A stretch of DNA of 63,971 bases, the filler included, from Choristocarpus tenellus KU-1152 (lineage: Eukaryota > Protista > Phaeophyceae), in NCBI GenBank assembly GCA_964200185.2. It is 11 parts of 11 records of this genome, joined end to end, with 100 filler letters (N's around TTAATTAATTAA, not from the genome) between each part and the next. Parts side by side here need not be neighbours in the genome. Positions count along the whole stretch, not along the records: positions 31,444 to 42,922 come from CAXNAD020002293.1; positions 43,023 to 56,893 come from CAXNAD020001339.1; 9 more parts are not named here. One strand, 5' to 3'. The notes below the pieces were generated by a model. It ran no database searches and was not told the DNA's origin. It worked only from the letters and a program-made list of their open reading frames with translations. Positions 39,326 through 52,416 of the stretch are shown piece after piece (the stretch's first letter is position 1; the number at the start of each line of letters is the position of its first letter). The position numbers and the translations under genes were made by a program.

Positions 39326-41787
39326 ATGACCAACCCAGACTTGGAAAAAGAGATCCCTGGTGAGGGTGATGAAGGAGGTGGTAGAGCCTCCATTGAGAGT
39401 GAAAGTCCAGTAATCAGCAAGGTGAGAAGGGCAGGTGATCTTCCATGATGGTGGTTGATCATTTCCCGCGGATCAAGGGGGGTTTTGCAAAGTGCTAAAG
39501 TTAGACTGATGTTGGCTTAGGCAGTAGGACATGATACCCTCAGTCGGTGTTACAGAACAAACAATTCTGTTTGGTAATTTTTAACGATGAGGAACACACT
39601 GGCGTTGTGCGATACTGGTGTTGGCATTTACAATGATGATATGTAAATGAAGGTGAGAGCAGCCCAGAGAGACCTTTAAAGACGAGTGTGTAACGTGGGA
39701 AAGGGGATCCTGACCCTATCCCCCTTAAGTTCTTCATGTAGATCCAAGTTGGTGGATGGTAGTGTGGGGTACGTGTCCTGTGTCTCGACTTGCACCACGT
39801 TGTTGATTGCATCCAAATTTTCCAATGCTTGTTCCCTTCCCTCCCTGCAACCCTTCCCTGCCCTAGTTTCGGTGTCCTAGTCCATCGTTGCCGGCTGGAT
39901 AGTACTACCCAAGAGACAACACAGGTCGCCATCGCCATTGGCCCTAATTTTCGTTGATATCGAGTCTTGAGCTGACACTCAAATCGTTTGGGGCAAATGA
40001 ATAATGCACCTCCACCGAACAAATACTGCTGTCATAGTCCTATCCTCTGTATTCTCATAACATTTGCTAATATCCAACCGAGTTCGACGACGCAATGGCG
40101 TTCTTTGGAGGGTGACTGATCCACTTGACCTTGACCACATTTCCATTCTGCTACCTTACTATGTCATACCCCACGAAGCTTGGTTCGATTATCGAACCGA
40201 TGGACCCAACCCTAAGTGAAGAAGTATGCCACCAAATCTTTGGTGATGTTGGGTCTGTTATCCAAGGTACGTGCTCGGCTCTCGCTTGTATTTTTCTTGG
40301 ACACCCTCCGTACTCCTTACAAGCATGGCCTTTGCTGATTCCAAGGGGTTAGTCCCTGAGACGTTCCTGCTTGAGGTGCAAGAATCTCACATGTCATGTA
40401 GTAGGGTGGTAGTTTATCCTTTCCCCTACGACCCATCCCCCTGTACCTCGTAAGATACACGCTATCCATGGTGCAAAGCGTACGTGTTTCTTTTGTTCTT
40501 CTAAAATACCGCCCAGCTTCACTATTCCATATATACTCACTGGAGCTACACCAACGCACAAACAAACCCCTTGTACATAACAGAGTTCTCCTGCGCATGG
40601 GACAACATTATGCTCATGCACGGAAGTCTATACGTGACATCTACTGCCCTATGCTTCCACAGCAGCAATGAGGGGGTGGAAGCAAAGATAATGGTTCGGT
40701 GCGTCCCTTGCATCTATGTATATTTTAAGAGTTTTTCTTTTTGCAGATGTTATGCATGAAGGAGTCAGTACGCCCTTTTTTACATCCTTTGTGTGCGACA
40801 ATTTTGTCTTACAATGTCATGTCGTTTTTGGTCAGATAGCACCCTCCCTGTACCAGAGCTCCTACCAATCCTGTACCAAATATAACTACTGACCACCTGT
40901 GTGGCAACAGGCCTCTTCTTGGTGTATTGTACATGGATGCCAGTACCTGTGGATATCCTCACTCCAATGTACCGTGGACTCAGCTTTCCTTATTCATACT
41001 CAGCAGTACAGATACCTCAATTAATATCCTACATTTCCTCTTCTTCTGTGCAATGGCAATCTTCTCCTTCCCCCACCCCCCCCTCACACACTGACACACG
41101 CAGGTATTTTGTGTCACTTGAATTGTCTCTGGTGCATGCCCTAACCCTCCCTTCACACCAACATAACCGCCAAAATTTTCCAGCCGTTCATCTTTGGTTA
41201 ATCCTCACAGTTAAGAGCTCGCTTGTCACACAAGTGACACTGAAGTGTCTTAATAGTATCATGACACAGCTCCTACGATACCAGTACCCAGCAGCCGGCA
41301 TACTATTTCTAGTGCAAAGTCAAAGGAAACAGTTTAAATTGTCATGACGGACTAGAATAGTATCCCAATCATACAACATATAAAATACGTTCTTCTGAAG
41401 TGTTTACTTACGTATTAGTTTTATTTATACAGTAATGCGCCGTCTATGCGTAATGGTTCATTTCTTTCTGCCCCCTTCTCATCCCTGCCCATCCCTATAA
41501 ATCCATCCCTGTGCCTGCCATCGCCTCCCAGGCATCATGAGATCCGCCGATGCAACAGGGGAAACTCAGCTCTCTTTGTCCCCAATGCCATCATCATTCT
41601 CACCAACGATGGGAAGGAGTACATATTCAGAAATTTAGTAGAACGTGAACAGTGCTTTAATCTCATTCGGCGACTACTTCAAGAGGTGGCGCTAGCACCA
41701 GCTGAAGGGGGGAGTGGTGGTGATGGGACAGGGTTAGACACTACAGCTGGGAGCACAGAGAAAGCAACGGCGTGTGGGGTTGCAGAG
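39326..41787 (+). CDS. GRAM-domain protein (GRAMD1/VAD1/LAM-like), 5' part; exons 39326-39421, 40179-40266, 40584-40698, 41532-41787
   Basis: Phase-consistent splicing gives ..QIFGDVGSVIQEFSCAWDNIMLMHGSLYVTSTALCFHSS..KIMVRHHEIRRCNRGNSALFVPNAIIILTNDGKEYIFRNLVEREQCF, matching the GRAM/PH-like consensus (FSCA, GxLY, CFxS, PNAI.I). Confidence 0.82.
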
Positions 41788-43137
41788 GTGATCATGCTTG
41801 CGTCGTTGGCACCAAGGTCAAGTGCTGAGTCCACTGCTGTCAAAATACGTTGTACTTACTGATCATTAATGCGAAATTGAAATAGGTGTTTTCTGTACTG
41901 GGCTGTTTGGTCTTTGCTCCTTGTCCACATATATATTTTTTGGAGGCGTTTTAGGTATCATGTTTTTTCCTGGTATTGTCAGTGACTTGCAGAGCTCAAG
42001 CCATGCTTCAATAGGAAAGGTCACCCCCCTTAAATTCGAGCAGCAAAGGTGGCAATACTGCTTGGTAGCTGTTCCTCCACCCGTCCGCTTCCCCCCCCCC
42101 CCCCCCCCCCGCCCCCCCCCCCCCCACCACCTCCTTTTCTCACTCTCCCCCACGTCCGCCCACTCATCCAAAATTNNNNNNNNNNCCCCCCCCCCCCCCC
42201 CCCCCCCCCCCCTTTTCTCGCCCCCTGACGTTGAATCTCTTTTAGAGTACAGTATCAACGTAAACTTCAAGTATAGATGTCGGAGTCAATGGATTTCTTA
42301 AAAGTGGTTTAGCTATCTCTGGTGCCATGGAAAATCCCCCCACCCCTGCTTGTACACCACTGTCCTGATGAATGATGAATGATGAATGATGAATGAATGA
42401 CCCTTTCTCTTGGTTGTGACCAACAAGAATGCACAATTTCCTATTCCCCCCACCCATACCCCCTCCTCCTTTACAACTTGTTGCTTTGCTCACCCACCGA
42501 GTTTAGTGTTTAGATGACGCCCCGAGGCTCCTATCTGAATCAAGCCAGAAGCACTTCAATTCAGTGTGTGCTGTCTTGCCTTTGTGTCAGGATCGAGCAA
42601 GAACCATTGTGGGGTATACCCTCTTTTGGCTAGATTCTCGTCACTGTACAACCAGAGTAGTTGATGTAGGACAACCGAGTCTTATCTTTTTGTACCCGAT
42701 TCCTCGATTCCTGTTCACCTCTAGTTTTGTTCGTGCCCATGCCCTTGAACAATTTCCACCCCATTTAACTACATTTAACTACACTGTCAATGCAATGTGT
42801 ACAAAAGTGCACAACACAGACGCAATGACTCTACTCTCGTCCTTACAGGGGATACACCTTAAATTGTCCACAACAGCAGCCACAACAGGACACCCCATTC
42901 CCCCCCCCCCCCCCCCCCCCCCNNNNNNNNNNNNNNNNNNNNNNNNNNNNNNNNNNNNNNNNNNNNTTAATTAATTAANNNNNNNNNNNNNNNNNNNNNN
43001 NNNNNNNNNNNNNNNNNNNNNNTATGGGACGGGTAAGGAGGTGAGCGAGGGTGAGGGCGGGATGATTGTAGGAGCTGACAGTGAAAGGCATTATCCTGGG
43101 AAAATCAGAGGACTGGGAAGTGGACAGGATGACAAGA

Positions 43138-43395
43138 GAGTCAAAGTATCTTAGAGGGTAGAGCCGTGTCCATTGGGGACCAAAATCCAAAGTTGCAATT
43201 TTGATGTAATTTTGGCTATCGCGTTTGTTAGGAGACGTCAATATCCTTCTTCCTGACACTACTTTTCATAACGTATACATTTTACATACTCCTAAACATT
43301 TAGGAGTAGGTAAAATGTCATTAAAAACCCGTGGGAAGCCAATCCCCAAATGGACAAACAGGGAAAAACTCCTACCCTCTAAGATACTTTCACTC
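43138..43395 (+). mobile_element. MITE family A copy
   Basis: Full TIRs; perfect 4-bp TSD aaga. Confidence 0.92.
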
Positions 43396-43539
43396 AAGAC
43401 GGAACAAACTAGTGAGCAGAAAGAGTTACACGTTTTTGTGAGTGACCCAGATAGGCTCTGCTCCAATCCTCAGGTGACAGAAAGGGATGAAACAATTTTC
43501 TACAGTGCGAGCAGGCTCTGAAACACTCTTTGTTACATG

Positions 43540-43721
43540 GGCTCAAAGTGTCTCGGTGGAGGTGGCGGCTGTCCATTTGGGTTCAATTTTTTCATGTCGT
43601 GATTTTTGGGTGATTCGGTTGCATACATCAGAGGATGGATAATGTAAATGCCTTTTTCCTGATTTTTCCCCAAATGGACACCCTGGTGTAGACTCCCCCC
43701 CCCCCTCCCAGATACTTTGGC
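43540..43721 (-). mobile_element. MITE family B copy
   Basis: GGCTCAAAGTGTCTC ... CCAGATACTTTGGC; TSD catg. Confidence 0.85.
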
Positions 43722-43899
43722 CATGTGGACGCTGTCTTTATCCCTACCTGTATGGAAGTGGCACAGATGCAACGGATTGTGTCCATTGTACGTTCTACTA
43801 TATCTGGACCAGGTCCGTCAAGTATTGGAATCTGTCCAGTCCAATATTGCTTCCCTAACAAGGGAGGCTAATCGCCTCGTCTATTTGTTGTAGTCTACA

Positions 43900-44404
43900 T
43901 TGAGTACCGAGAAACATTGAGAACACGCGTTAGGATTCAGTTTTACAGGCCAATAGCACGAGCATTTCTTTCTGCGTGTCAAAAAGCGCGAACAGTAAAC
44001 ATACGTAATAATTCATATAAGAGGAACTTTGAATTGATAGAAGATGCAGAGTAAGATTCGAAATGCATACATAATCTTACAGAATAGATGTCAATTCCTG
44101 AAAGTTGCAGAATAAAGATTTATGATTGGAGTATTTACACAGCAGTTTGCAGACGTCATTTAACACTTTGGCTGTAGAAAAACGGTGAAGGATGTTAATA
44201 GAAGGATGAGTCGTTGACCACACGACTCAGTTCTTTGATCCTTACCCTCTTTTGATCAAGCGAAAAGCCATACATCGACTGAGCTAAGCATCAACTGACA
44301 CCATACGTGGTCATCATCTGTGGACCCTCGCGTAGCGTCGTTTTAAGGTCGTTGGGTTTGAGTTATGCATCCTGTGGAGGTGAGTTTGGGGGCGCACTGT
44401 AACA
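43900..44404 (+). mobile_element. Diverged solo or 3' LTR of the 29780-30377 family (5' boundary approximate)
   Basis: Reverse-complement similarity to 29780-30170, ending GGAGGTGAGTTTGGGGGCGCACTGTAACA; no PBS follows. Confidence 0.7.
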
Positions 44405-45182
44405 TCACTGCTGCTATCTGAGCTCAAAATTGTGCTGACAACAATGGAACTCCAACATAACTCACCCCGTTGGTCGTACACATACCTTCCCTAACAACGG
44501 AGGATTAATCATTCCGACTATTTGCTGTGATCTGGCTCAGATATACCAGTATTGATGCTATACCTGAGGATTGAGGAGATATTGTGTATGTGTAGGGGTT
44601 TGTCTTGGTGCTTTTCATTGTATAGTGTCTTTTTTCTCTTTTTCAAGATAGCAAGTTCTTTTATGCTACTAATACTACTAGAAGAAATGTTATAGTAAGA
44701 GTGGGTCTTACAAGTTTTTAAGGCCATTTATAGGGTGTAGGCAAAATTGATCTACCAAATCGGAAAGATGTAAATAGTCTATAAATGTCTCCTAGGAGTG
44801 TTTGTTTTAGTAGGAGAGAGTCTTAATACCTTTCCCTTTCAATACTGGCAGGAGGTTAAATGGTGGATGGGTTAACTATTCATAGCGTCCTACCGTAATT
44901 GTTCTACCGAATCGGAAAGGTGCAAATAAATGGTGTGTAAGTTCAAATAATAGACTTTTTGTTTGTTTGTTAAGCAAAAGTGTTTAGAGACTTCCGCTTA
45001 GGTTTTCCCACTCAAATGAACGCATACGCTACATAAAACTACATAGTTCGAACTTCAACAAATATATATATATTATGACTCCTTCGTTTTGCACTATATT
45101 CACTTGAAAAAATGTGTAGATAGAAATCCTACCCAACAATTAAAAACAAGATCATTGGTTGAGTCGTAACCCAACCTAACTC

Positions 45183-45705
45183 TTAATGGAAAACTCCAGA
45201 ATGTGAGAGCCATCTTCTACCTATCTCGAAGAATCTGATATTCATATGACATTTGTTTTTGCATGTTGAAGGTAACATCTGCTTAAAGTACATACTGGGT
45301 GGTTTGAGGGGACCTTGCAACCCCCCCTCATTCTTTTTCCACTCGTCCACTCTTTCCTGAGTGATATTCTGAGGGATTGCTCTCCCTCTTGCCTTGTCTC
45401 TCTTCATTTTCTTGCCTCCTGTGGGTCTTCCCGCTCCCCTTCAGTCTGAAGAACCTGCCGGCTGACCCAAAGTATCTGTGGGGGGCGGGGATCTACACCA
45501 GGGTGTCTATTTGGACGAAAATAAGGAAAAGTGCATTCACATTATCCATCCGACGTATGCAACCAAATCACCCAAAAATCGCAACACGGAAAAATTGACC
45601 CGAAATAGACAGTCGCCACCCCTCCCCAGATAGTTTGAGCCGGCTTGTTTCCATTTGTTTCAGAAGAAACGTCTCGTCTCTAAGATGCACCAAGAAGTAC
45701 TGCGT
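45183..45705 (-). pseudogene. Possible PIF/Harbinger accessory ORF (NAM-associated-like) remnant split by MITE B
   Basis: After removing the MITE the frame reads WCILETRRFF*NKWKQAGSSD*RGAGRPTGGKKMKRD, resembling W..L...KW...RP.G.K..K. Confidence 0.3.
45464..45641 (+). mobile_element. MITE family B copy (178 bp)
   Basis: GACCCAAAGTATCTG ... CAGATAGTTTGAGCC; perfect TSD ggct. Confidence 0.92.
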
Positions 45706-45808
45706 TGTTGGTTTTGGAGGATAGTTGGCAAAATGTGAGAGGGCATAATAATAAAATATATAGGTAGGATAGTTTTGATGACGTGTACTTCTGGTGTTAT
45801 GTCGGTAT

Positions 45809-45888
45809 GACCAGGTGTCCGAACGGTCTAAGGAGCTGTGTTAAGGCCGCAGTGTGCAAACGCGTGGGTTCGAATCCCACCCTGGTCA
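45809..45888 (+). tRNA. tRNA-Leu(AAG)
   Basis: Acceptor stem GACCAGG/CCTGGTC-A; D-arm TCCGAACGGTCTAAGGA; anticodon arm CTGTG-TTAAGGC-CGCAG; long variable arm; T-arm GTGGG-TTCGAAT-CCCAC; T-run about 10 nt downstream. Confidence 0.95.
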
Positions 45889-46009
45889 GAAGTATTACTT
45901 TCGGCGATTTTGATTACCAGTATCTTCTTATATACTCGCTGACTGATTAATTGATTGGAAACACAAACTTATGTAGCGATCAAACCTTGTAACGGCTTTT
46001 GTTTTCCTT

Positions 46010-46702
46010 AGGAGAATTATCAGTGATGATACCGATGCCACTGCTCAGAGATCCGTATAGTCAGGTCCAAAATGCTTTGGTGTTGCTTACAAGCGCACAG
46101 CCAAGCCCTTCATGACAGAAGAACCTCTGGTTTTTCATCTGAGCTCAAGATCAGAACGATTGAGGCTGAATTATTAGAAGTTCTCCTGCGACAATGTTAT
46201 TTGATATAGACACTTGCCAGGCCCATCGTGGCAGAGTGAGGTTTCATCATAGTCTTCTGTTACACCGCATTGACTGCTGGAGGTGGGAGCGCACTGATCG
46301 CACCATATCCTACAAGGATGCCCTTGTGAAGACTGAATATGACAGTGTTGAGACAACCGTGCGAAAACGGAAACTCTTATTCACAAGGTAGTTGCATGCA
46401 TATTCTTATGGGGGGTGAGAACTCCCAAGGACGATGAAGTTTAAGGAGCTATCAGATGTGTTAAACGAAAGCCAGGTGGACAGGAGAAACACTGGTGGAC
46501 GTGTATGCAAGACAATCTCGAGAAGTTTAGGGCCGTGACTGACAAGCGGAGGACCATGGCAAACATTCGAAGGGGTGGACGATATGCACGTGTGGCTGAT
46601 GAAGCCAAGTACTTCATGGATGAATGGCACCAAAGAAGAGAGACAGTACCAGCTGATATACGCCATGCTGAAGTAGCAGGGAAGCCAGCTCCAGCGGTGT
46701 AG
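46010..46702 (+). mobile_element. RTE-clade LINE 3' remnant
   Basis: RFHHSLLL..WRWERTDRTISYKDALVKTEYDSVETTVRKRKLLF..LPRTM.F.EL..RKPGGQEKHWWTCMQDNLEKF, a typical RTE post-RT region; frameshifted. Confidence 0.78.
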
Positions 46703-47536
46703 GGCTCAGGTCCAGCCCCTACTGCCTGATGAATACTAGTTTGTGTCTCTGATCTTTCTTCTCTCTGGTTTGATGGCCTGATTGCTTCCCTAGTCTTGAG
46801 TCCTTTTTCTCCTTCCGGTACACTAGACTGACCATTTTCATTTAATGGTTTTTTTTTGTAAGTTGTGGTACTGATGGGTGGGCTGAGAAATGGCAACGAA
46901 CTTTCTTCTCTTCTTTTCCTCTTCGGGTTCTCTGCCAGTATTATATTGTGGTTGGCATGTCGTGGTAGATGTCGAAAAAGGTCTTTGGAATATTAATTTT
47001 GCTTGCAGAGAGTTGCTGATGTGATGGAATAATATAAAAGACATAACGATATAATTATAGTATGCATATATGGCGCTCGAAATTTCCCAGATTATGTGAT
47101 GGAAAAAGAAGTACAAACCATGCTCAGAGCCGCTGTCCGAAAGACAAGACAAAAACAGCAGAAAAAGGAAAGAAAGCGTTCATACTCCTGAGTATTATTA
47201 TACCAAAATAGAAGTAGAGAAAAAATGAATTCAACAAAAAGAAAACATATACTCGACGTGCTGCACTAGTATGTTGTGTAGCAGATGGTAGTATGCCTAT
47301 TATTCGTCGAGAGTTGATCTGGATGAACATTACTGCTGGCTGTAGTCTCCTTCAGCTGTCTCTCATGCTTTGTTGTTACACTTTTCGTCTCGAACAGGTG
47401 CAAATAGTACTTACATCTCCTACCCACCATCCTCCCGCACAGCCCATGTACGACCATCACAACGACATTTGTGAGAAGGAGTGACACAGGAAATTCCTGG
47501 TCCACATTCCACGCTCACAGCGCAAGCGCTGCTGAC

Positions 47537-47812
47537 GGACCCATAGTGCATCCTGGAGGGGGGGGTGTTTCGACCAGGTTGTCATTCGGGGCTTTATCGG
47601 ACGTTGAAACACACAGCAGGTTGATGTCAGTTTTTGGGGTGATTTTTTAGGGAGTTTAGACCTTAAGGGAGGATGGAGAGGGAAGGTGTGTTCAGATTAA
47701 GAAAATTGGCCCTATATATGAAACGCTCACTCACTTGCCACATGAAAATCACTACAGGGTCACACAGGCCACGAATGGATGCCGGACCCCCCTTTTAGGA
47801 TATGATATAATC
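47537..47812. mobile_element. MITE family C copy
   Basis: Homologous to 589-876; starts GACCCATAGTGCATCCTGGAGGGG. Confidence 0.6.
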
Positions 47813-48251
47813 CGCAATCAGGTCATACTTCACACAGTAAGGTGGTATCTACATGCTGGGTGTTATCTTCTCTGCTACGTCGGACGCAGTAGCACCATGC
47901 ATTGTGCAGTTTGGAAAGGAGTACAGACTTAGTAGCCCCCCATGTATGTGGAAGATAGAAGGACCGAGAACATGTCCCTTGTTCCAAGGAAAGCAAGAGT
48001 TGTAAAGCTAATCTCTTCACATGAAACACGAGTAACATGAACAACTTGTTGTAGAGTGTTTATCAACCATCTGAAAAATCTGAGTAAGACGGCGCTGGAG
48101 GTAAAACTGTTCAAGTCATCACATGCGTGAAGAGTGGAGTTCCTCATGACCGCCAAACACCACCTCAGTTCATCGACAGCAGCAAGTACAGTCAACCGCC
48201 CCTTTTACTCAATCTCGCACTAACTACCATAATTAGTATAGTTTGGGCCCT

Positions 48252-48984
48252 ACTGTAATATTTCAAAACGCTCCCAGTAGCTAAACTTGATGAAGTATGT
48301 GGCTCCAATCCACAAGCCTGAAGACAGATGGTGAGAAGCTCGGTGATGGCGCCTTACGATTTGTTGATACCTCATAACCAAGAATTGAGGGAAATTGATG
48401 TTATCAGGGTGTAATTGTGATGGACGTAAGAACTATTCCAAGCTTTGATCTTTGACTGGCTCAGGATGCACTTGAGGGGGGCGAGTTATACTCAGATGTG
48501 CTCTCAATGTAATGAGTACCATGTATAACGTACGCCAGGTATTTATTGCCATACGTGTGAACTAAATATTATCATTTACTCTAAAACAAAAAATGCACTG
48601 TACCTAAAAGAGCTTCTTATTACCTTCCCTTTTTGGGGCTGTCCGTGCGCACACTTGCCGTTTGTGTTACAGACAATGTGTCTTAATGACAGTTGCATAA
48701 ACGCCATTATAACCTTCAAGTCCTAGATTTTAGATATTCGTACTTCTTGACTATGTACGTATTATTTGGTCAATACCATGCTGCGTAGAAATGTTCGTTC
48801 AAACCTCTTTATACCCTGATGATACTCATGAAGTGAATATTCGAAATGAGAGAGATCCAGCATAGTTGACGAAATTTACATTATGGAATCTTCTACGAGC
48901 TTTGTGGTCCGCTTGCAGCCTTGTGGATTGGAGCTACAAATCTCATCGTGGTAAGCTTGCGGAGCGTTTTGTAACTTGTCAGTC
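48252..48984. mobile_element. ~730-bp element with ~90-bp imperfect terminal inverted repeats (family D)
   Basis: CAAAACGCTCC..GCTCCAATCCACAAG at the left and its reverse complement at 48890-48984; the same core recurs near 31295 and 54702. Confidence 0.55.
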
Positions 48985-49466
48985 GATTGTGAAGCACGTT
49001 GTAACACTTGTGCTGGTCACAACCCCGTAGCAATAAATTAACCAATCGCATGTCACACAGTAGTTCCAAACTTCACTTTCCAGCTCGAATGGATTAATTG
49101 CAGTATTGGGCTCGCCGATTAGAGTTATAGTTGCAGATCTTTGAAGCAATTTAACTCGATAACAACGATTTGCAAGCCAACATGCCACCATCAATCGCCA
49201 ATTGCTGAGTCCAAAATCTGCCTGTTGTGGATAGTTATCCAGCACAATGCATCATAGGGCGTGCATCTTCAAACCAAGACATCGCGTTTTATGGGCAGCG
49301 TTTCTGCGTCGTTGTATATTACTACTACTCCTCTGGTGTATATATAGTATTTGCACCAAACGACTCCTTTTCACTCTGCAAATATGTATCGATCAAATGC
49401 TGGCAGGCAGTATTGAACCTCGTGTGGTGTACCAAGAAAGTTTAGGTTCCTGATCACGATTCCTCC

Positions 49467-49723
49467 TAGTCAAAATAAACGAGAGGTGCCCAAAGTTGCA
49501 TTTTAAGGATGCTGACAAATGCGTACAAAATTCGTCCTTTTACAATTGCGTATAGGATATTTTCTGAATTCTGTCGATAGGTTTCAAACAATGGAGAAAT
49601 TAATGCTCCAAAGTCAAACCTAGCGCTTCATCCGTAGAAATATCTGCGAATTTCAGAAGATTGAAAAACTGGCTTAATATGCAAAGCGGCCTAAACCTGG
49701 GTACCTCTCGTTCACTTTGGCTC
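49467..49723 (-). mobile_element. MITE family E copy
   Basis: TAGTCAAAATAAACGAGAGGTGCCCA ... TGGGTACCTCTCGTTCACTTTGGCTC; same TIR as 57777-58059. Confidence 0.7.
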
Positions 49724-52066
49724 TCAACCTTCATTCACACCTGTTCTATATACGATATACGATATAAAGTGCATACCCACCTGACACACACTCCATAAAC
49801 AAGAAATTTGGAGGTTTTGGAACAGTGTAGGGCTGTGATAATGTCTGAGTGATTACTCTTCATCAGTAACAGGAGTCCCTGATGTCAAACAATGGATGGA
49901 AGGGAAAGGTAACCTTATCAAATGTTTTCACGAGGAGACAAGAGTCAAGCATCTGACAGGATCCCCCACTACTGGCTTGGTCTTACTCTAGAGAGGATCA
50001 AGGCGAATGTTTCCCATCACACGTGAATGTTTCCCATCACACAAGAACCCAGAATACACTTAAGGAGAGGAGCAAGGTCAAAGTGACACAAGGTGCGCTG
50101 TATTCGATGAAGAATCATTTCTTGCATTCCATATATCCATTTGGGAGGGCCATCGACCCTAGGTGCACGTTGTTCCTTGCTTGAGGGGAGAGGGGATATA
50201 GAATGTGCTTAAGTGCCTCGACCATGGTCACAGTAAGCAGTCGTGCAAGTATTTTCTCATCATACTATCTAGTGCCGCCTCAATGTGCCTTTGCCCTATT
50301 TTCACAGCAGCAATAAGGCAAGTATCGCCACAAGACTCGTTCTTCCACTAGGATCTCAACAAGAAAGTCGTCACTACTTGTCTCCACAGATACGACCCTT
50401 CCCACCATGCCACTCCCAGAGGTTGGGGTTAATCACCTAGGAGTGCGTTAGATGTAGGAAGGACTGAATAGAGAGGTAATGGAAGATGTCAAGTTTACGG
50501 CTTGCTCTATTTGACCACAACAAGGAGGGGATACTGGGAGATCCAATCTGCGAGATATCCATCGTATCTCTTCACAGTAGAGTTGTATGAATACCGCCAG
50601 GTACTGGTCTGCGTCAAAACTGCGTAAAATTCAAAGGGAAAGCTAGCTTTCAAATTGTACCCTAACATACATAATGATTTGATTGTACAAGAACGGGCAT
50701 CAGGGGGGTGGTTCATGCTCGATACAAGACAGCCAGTTGAAACGAAAGGGGGTGAAGACAAGCGGTTGTGCCTGGTTGGTTAGGTGAATTAAGATACCTT
50801 TCGACGGTGTCCTTACCTCAAGCACAAAAAAGACGCACACACGTATACTCTGAGCACCACGCAATGAGTGTGTATACAGGCAGAGCTCCCACAGTAAAGT
50901 TGCGGGTACGTGGGAGTACCACACTATTTTTGCAACAAGCCCAAAGCGCCTACATCGGTCAACCAAGCTAAGGTGTAAAGCTTGTTGGGACGCTGGTGCA
51001 AGTAGGTACCTCCTTGTGGGGGAAACAGGTTTTCAGTGGAGTCCCTAATATCCCGTGAATAACGGCATTATTTCGCTCGGACGAAACGGACCGCCAAGAA
51101 AGCAAGCCCCCCCCACTTTTCAGAATCTGAGAATAATGTAGACCCTGATTTTAAGCAACGACAGAGGGGAAAGCAATCCTTTTCCCTTGGACGTCACTAC
51201 CGCTGCTAGCCCCCCCCTTTGTACAATTTACCTTGGGAGGTAATGCTATTTATCAGTAGTGAAGACAAGAAGGTGTGATGCATCACACGGTTCCCCATTG
51301 CTGAACGTGATTACATGGTTGAAATTAGAAGAGTGACCTTTGGGGGTGTCTTCTCATTGCTTGTTTACTATTATTTGTGCCTCATACATAAGTAAGTCCA
51401 TGGTTATGTCAAAGTAGTTGAATGCAGAATAAAAACCCATACATATTACCATTCATAATCCGGATGTACTTTCTTCGACAGTGTCGATGATCCGAGGTAG
51501 GTACGGATGCGATCCAGTTGTCTTTCGAAGCTACGAAGAAAGAGGATTTCCCTTGAAAGTGAAGAGTAGGGTCCTCACTCCGGATCGCAGCAGAGATCGC
51601 GTAACCTCATTTCCAGCAGTATATTACCATATTCAAGACCACTGACATTTACACGAGTAACATATTCCCTTTCTCTCGACTCAGTACCTCAAAATAACGT
51701 GAACGTCCTATTTTGATCCAGACCTCAGAGGTAATAGTACAAGTGCCAAACCTGGAAACTTGGAGTATAGTACTGGACCGCATTAACTATTCCCAGGTCT
51801 TCTTGTATTAGCCAGTGATCTCGGTTGTGACCTCAACAGCATCGCTAATTCTACATCTCTACAAGATAAACCAGATGGTCTGTCTACTTGTAATTCTGAC
51901 CCGCATCCCGAATTTGCATCATTTAGGCTGTCGTTTGGGGGGGTTGGAGGCACAGGCATGGTCTCTGCCTTCCTCTCAGGCGCAGACGACCAACTTCAAG
52001 CCTCAGACACCTAGATATTCAGCACTGTCATCATGCTGGACCAACTTCCCGATGCGTTTGACACAA

Positions 52067-52244
52067 GACCAAAAGTATCTGTGGGGGGCGGGGATCTACA
52101 CCAGGGTGTCTATTTGGACGAAAATAAGGAAAAGTGCATTCACATTATCCATCCGACGTATCCAACCAAATCACCCAAAAATCGCAACATGGAAAAATTG
52201 ACCCGAAATAGACAGTCGCCACCCCTCCCCAGATAGTTTGAGCC
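52067..52244 (+). mobile_element. MITE family B copy (178 bp)
   Basis: Nearly identical to 45464-45641; TSD caa. Confidence 0.92.
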
Positions 52245-52370
52245 CAATCCCCACATGATCGGTAAGCCACAAAGCCCACAGGTTTCACCAGGGTGCCTCC
52301 CCACTCCCGGTCCTTCCCCCTCTAGATTGTGAAATACGTCGGCTGCTGCACATCCTGAATGACGGAATCG

Positions 52371-52416
<46 letters not shown>

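Noticed and set aside
39151-39462. 103-aa minus-strand ORF with a signal-peptide-like start
   Set aside because: It is antisense to the first exon of the GRAM gene, which is better supported by phase-consistent splicing.
42080-42211. Poly-Pro / poly-Gly ORFs and G-quadruplex-like tracts
   Set aside because: Poly-C homopolymers next to an assembly gap, so the sequence is unreliable.
48810-48860. CTGATGA...GAAA hammerhead ribozyme core
   Set aside because: I could not form convincing stems I and III around an NUH cleavage site.
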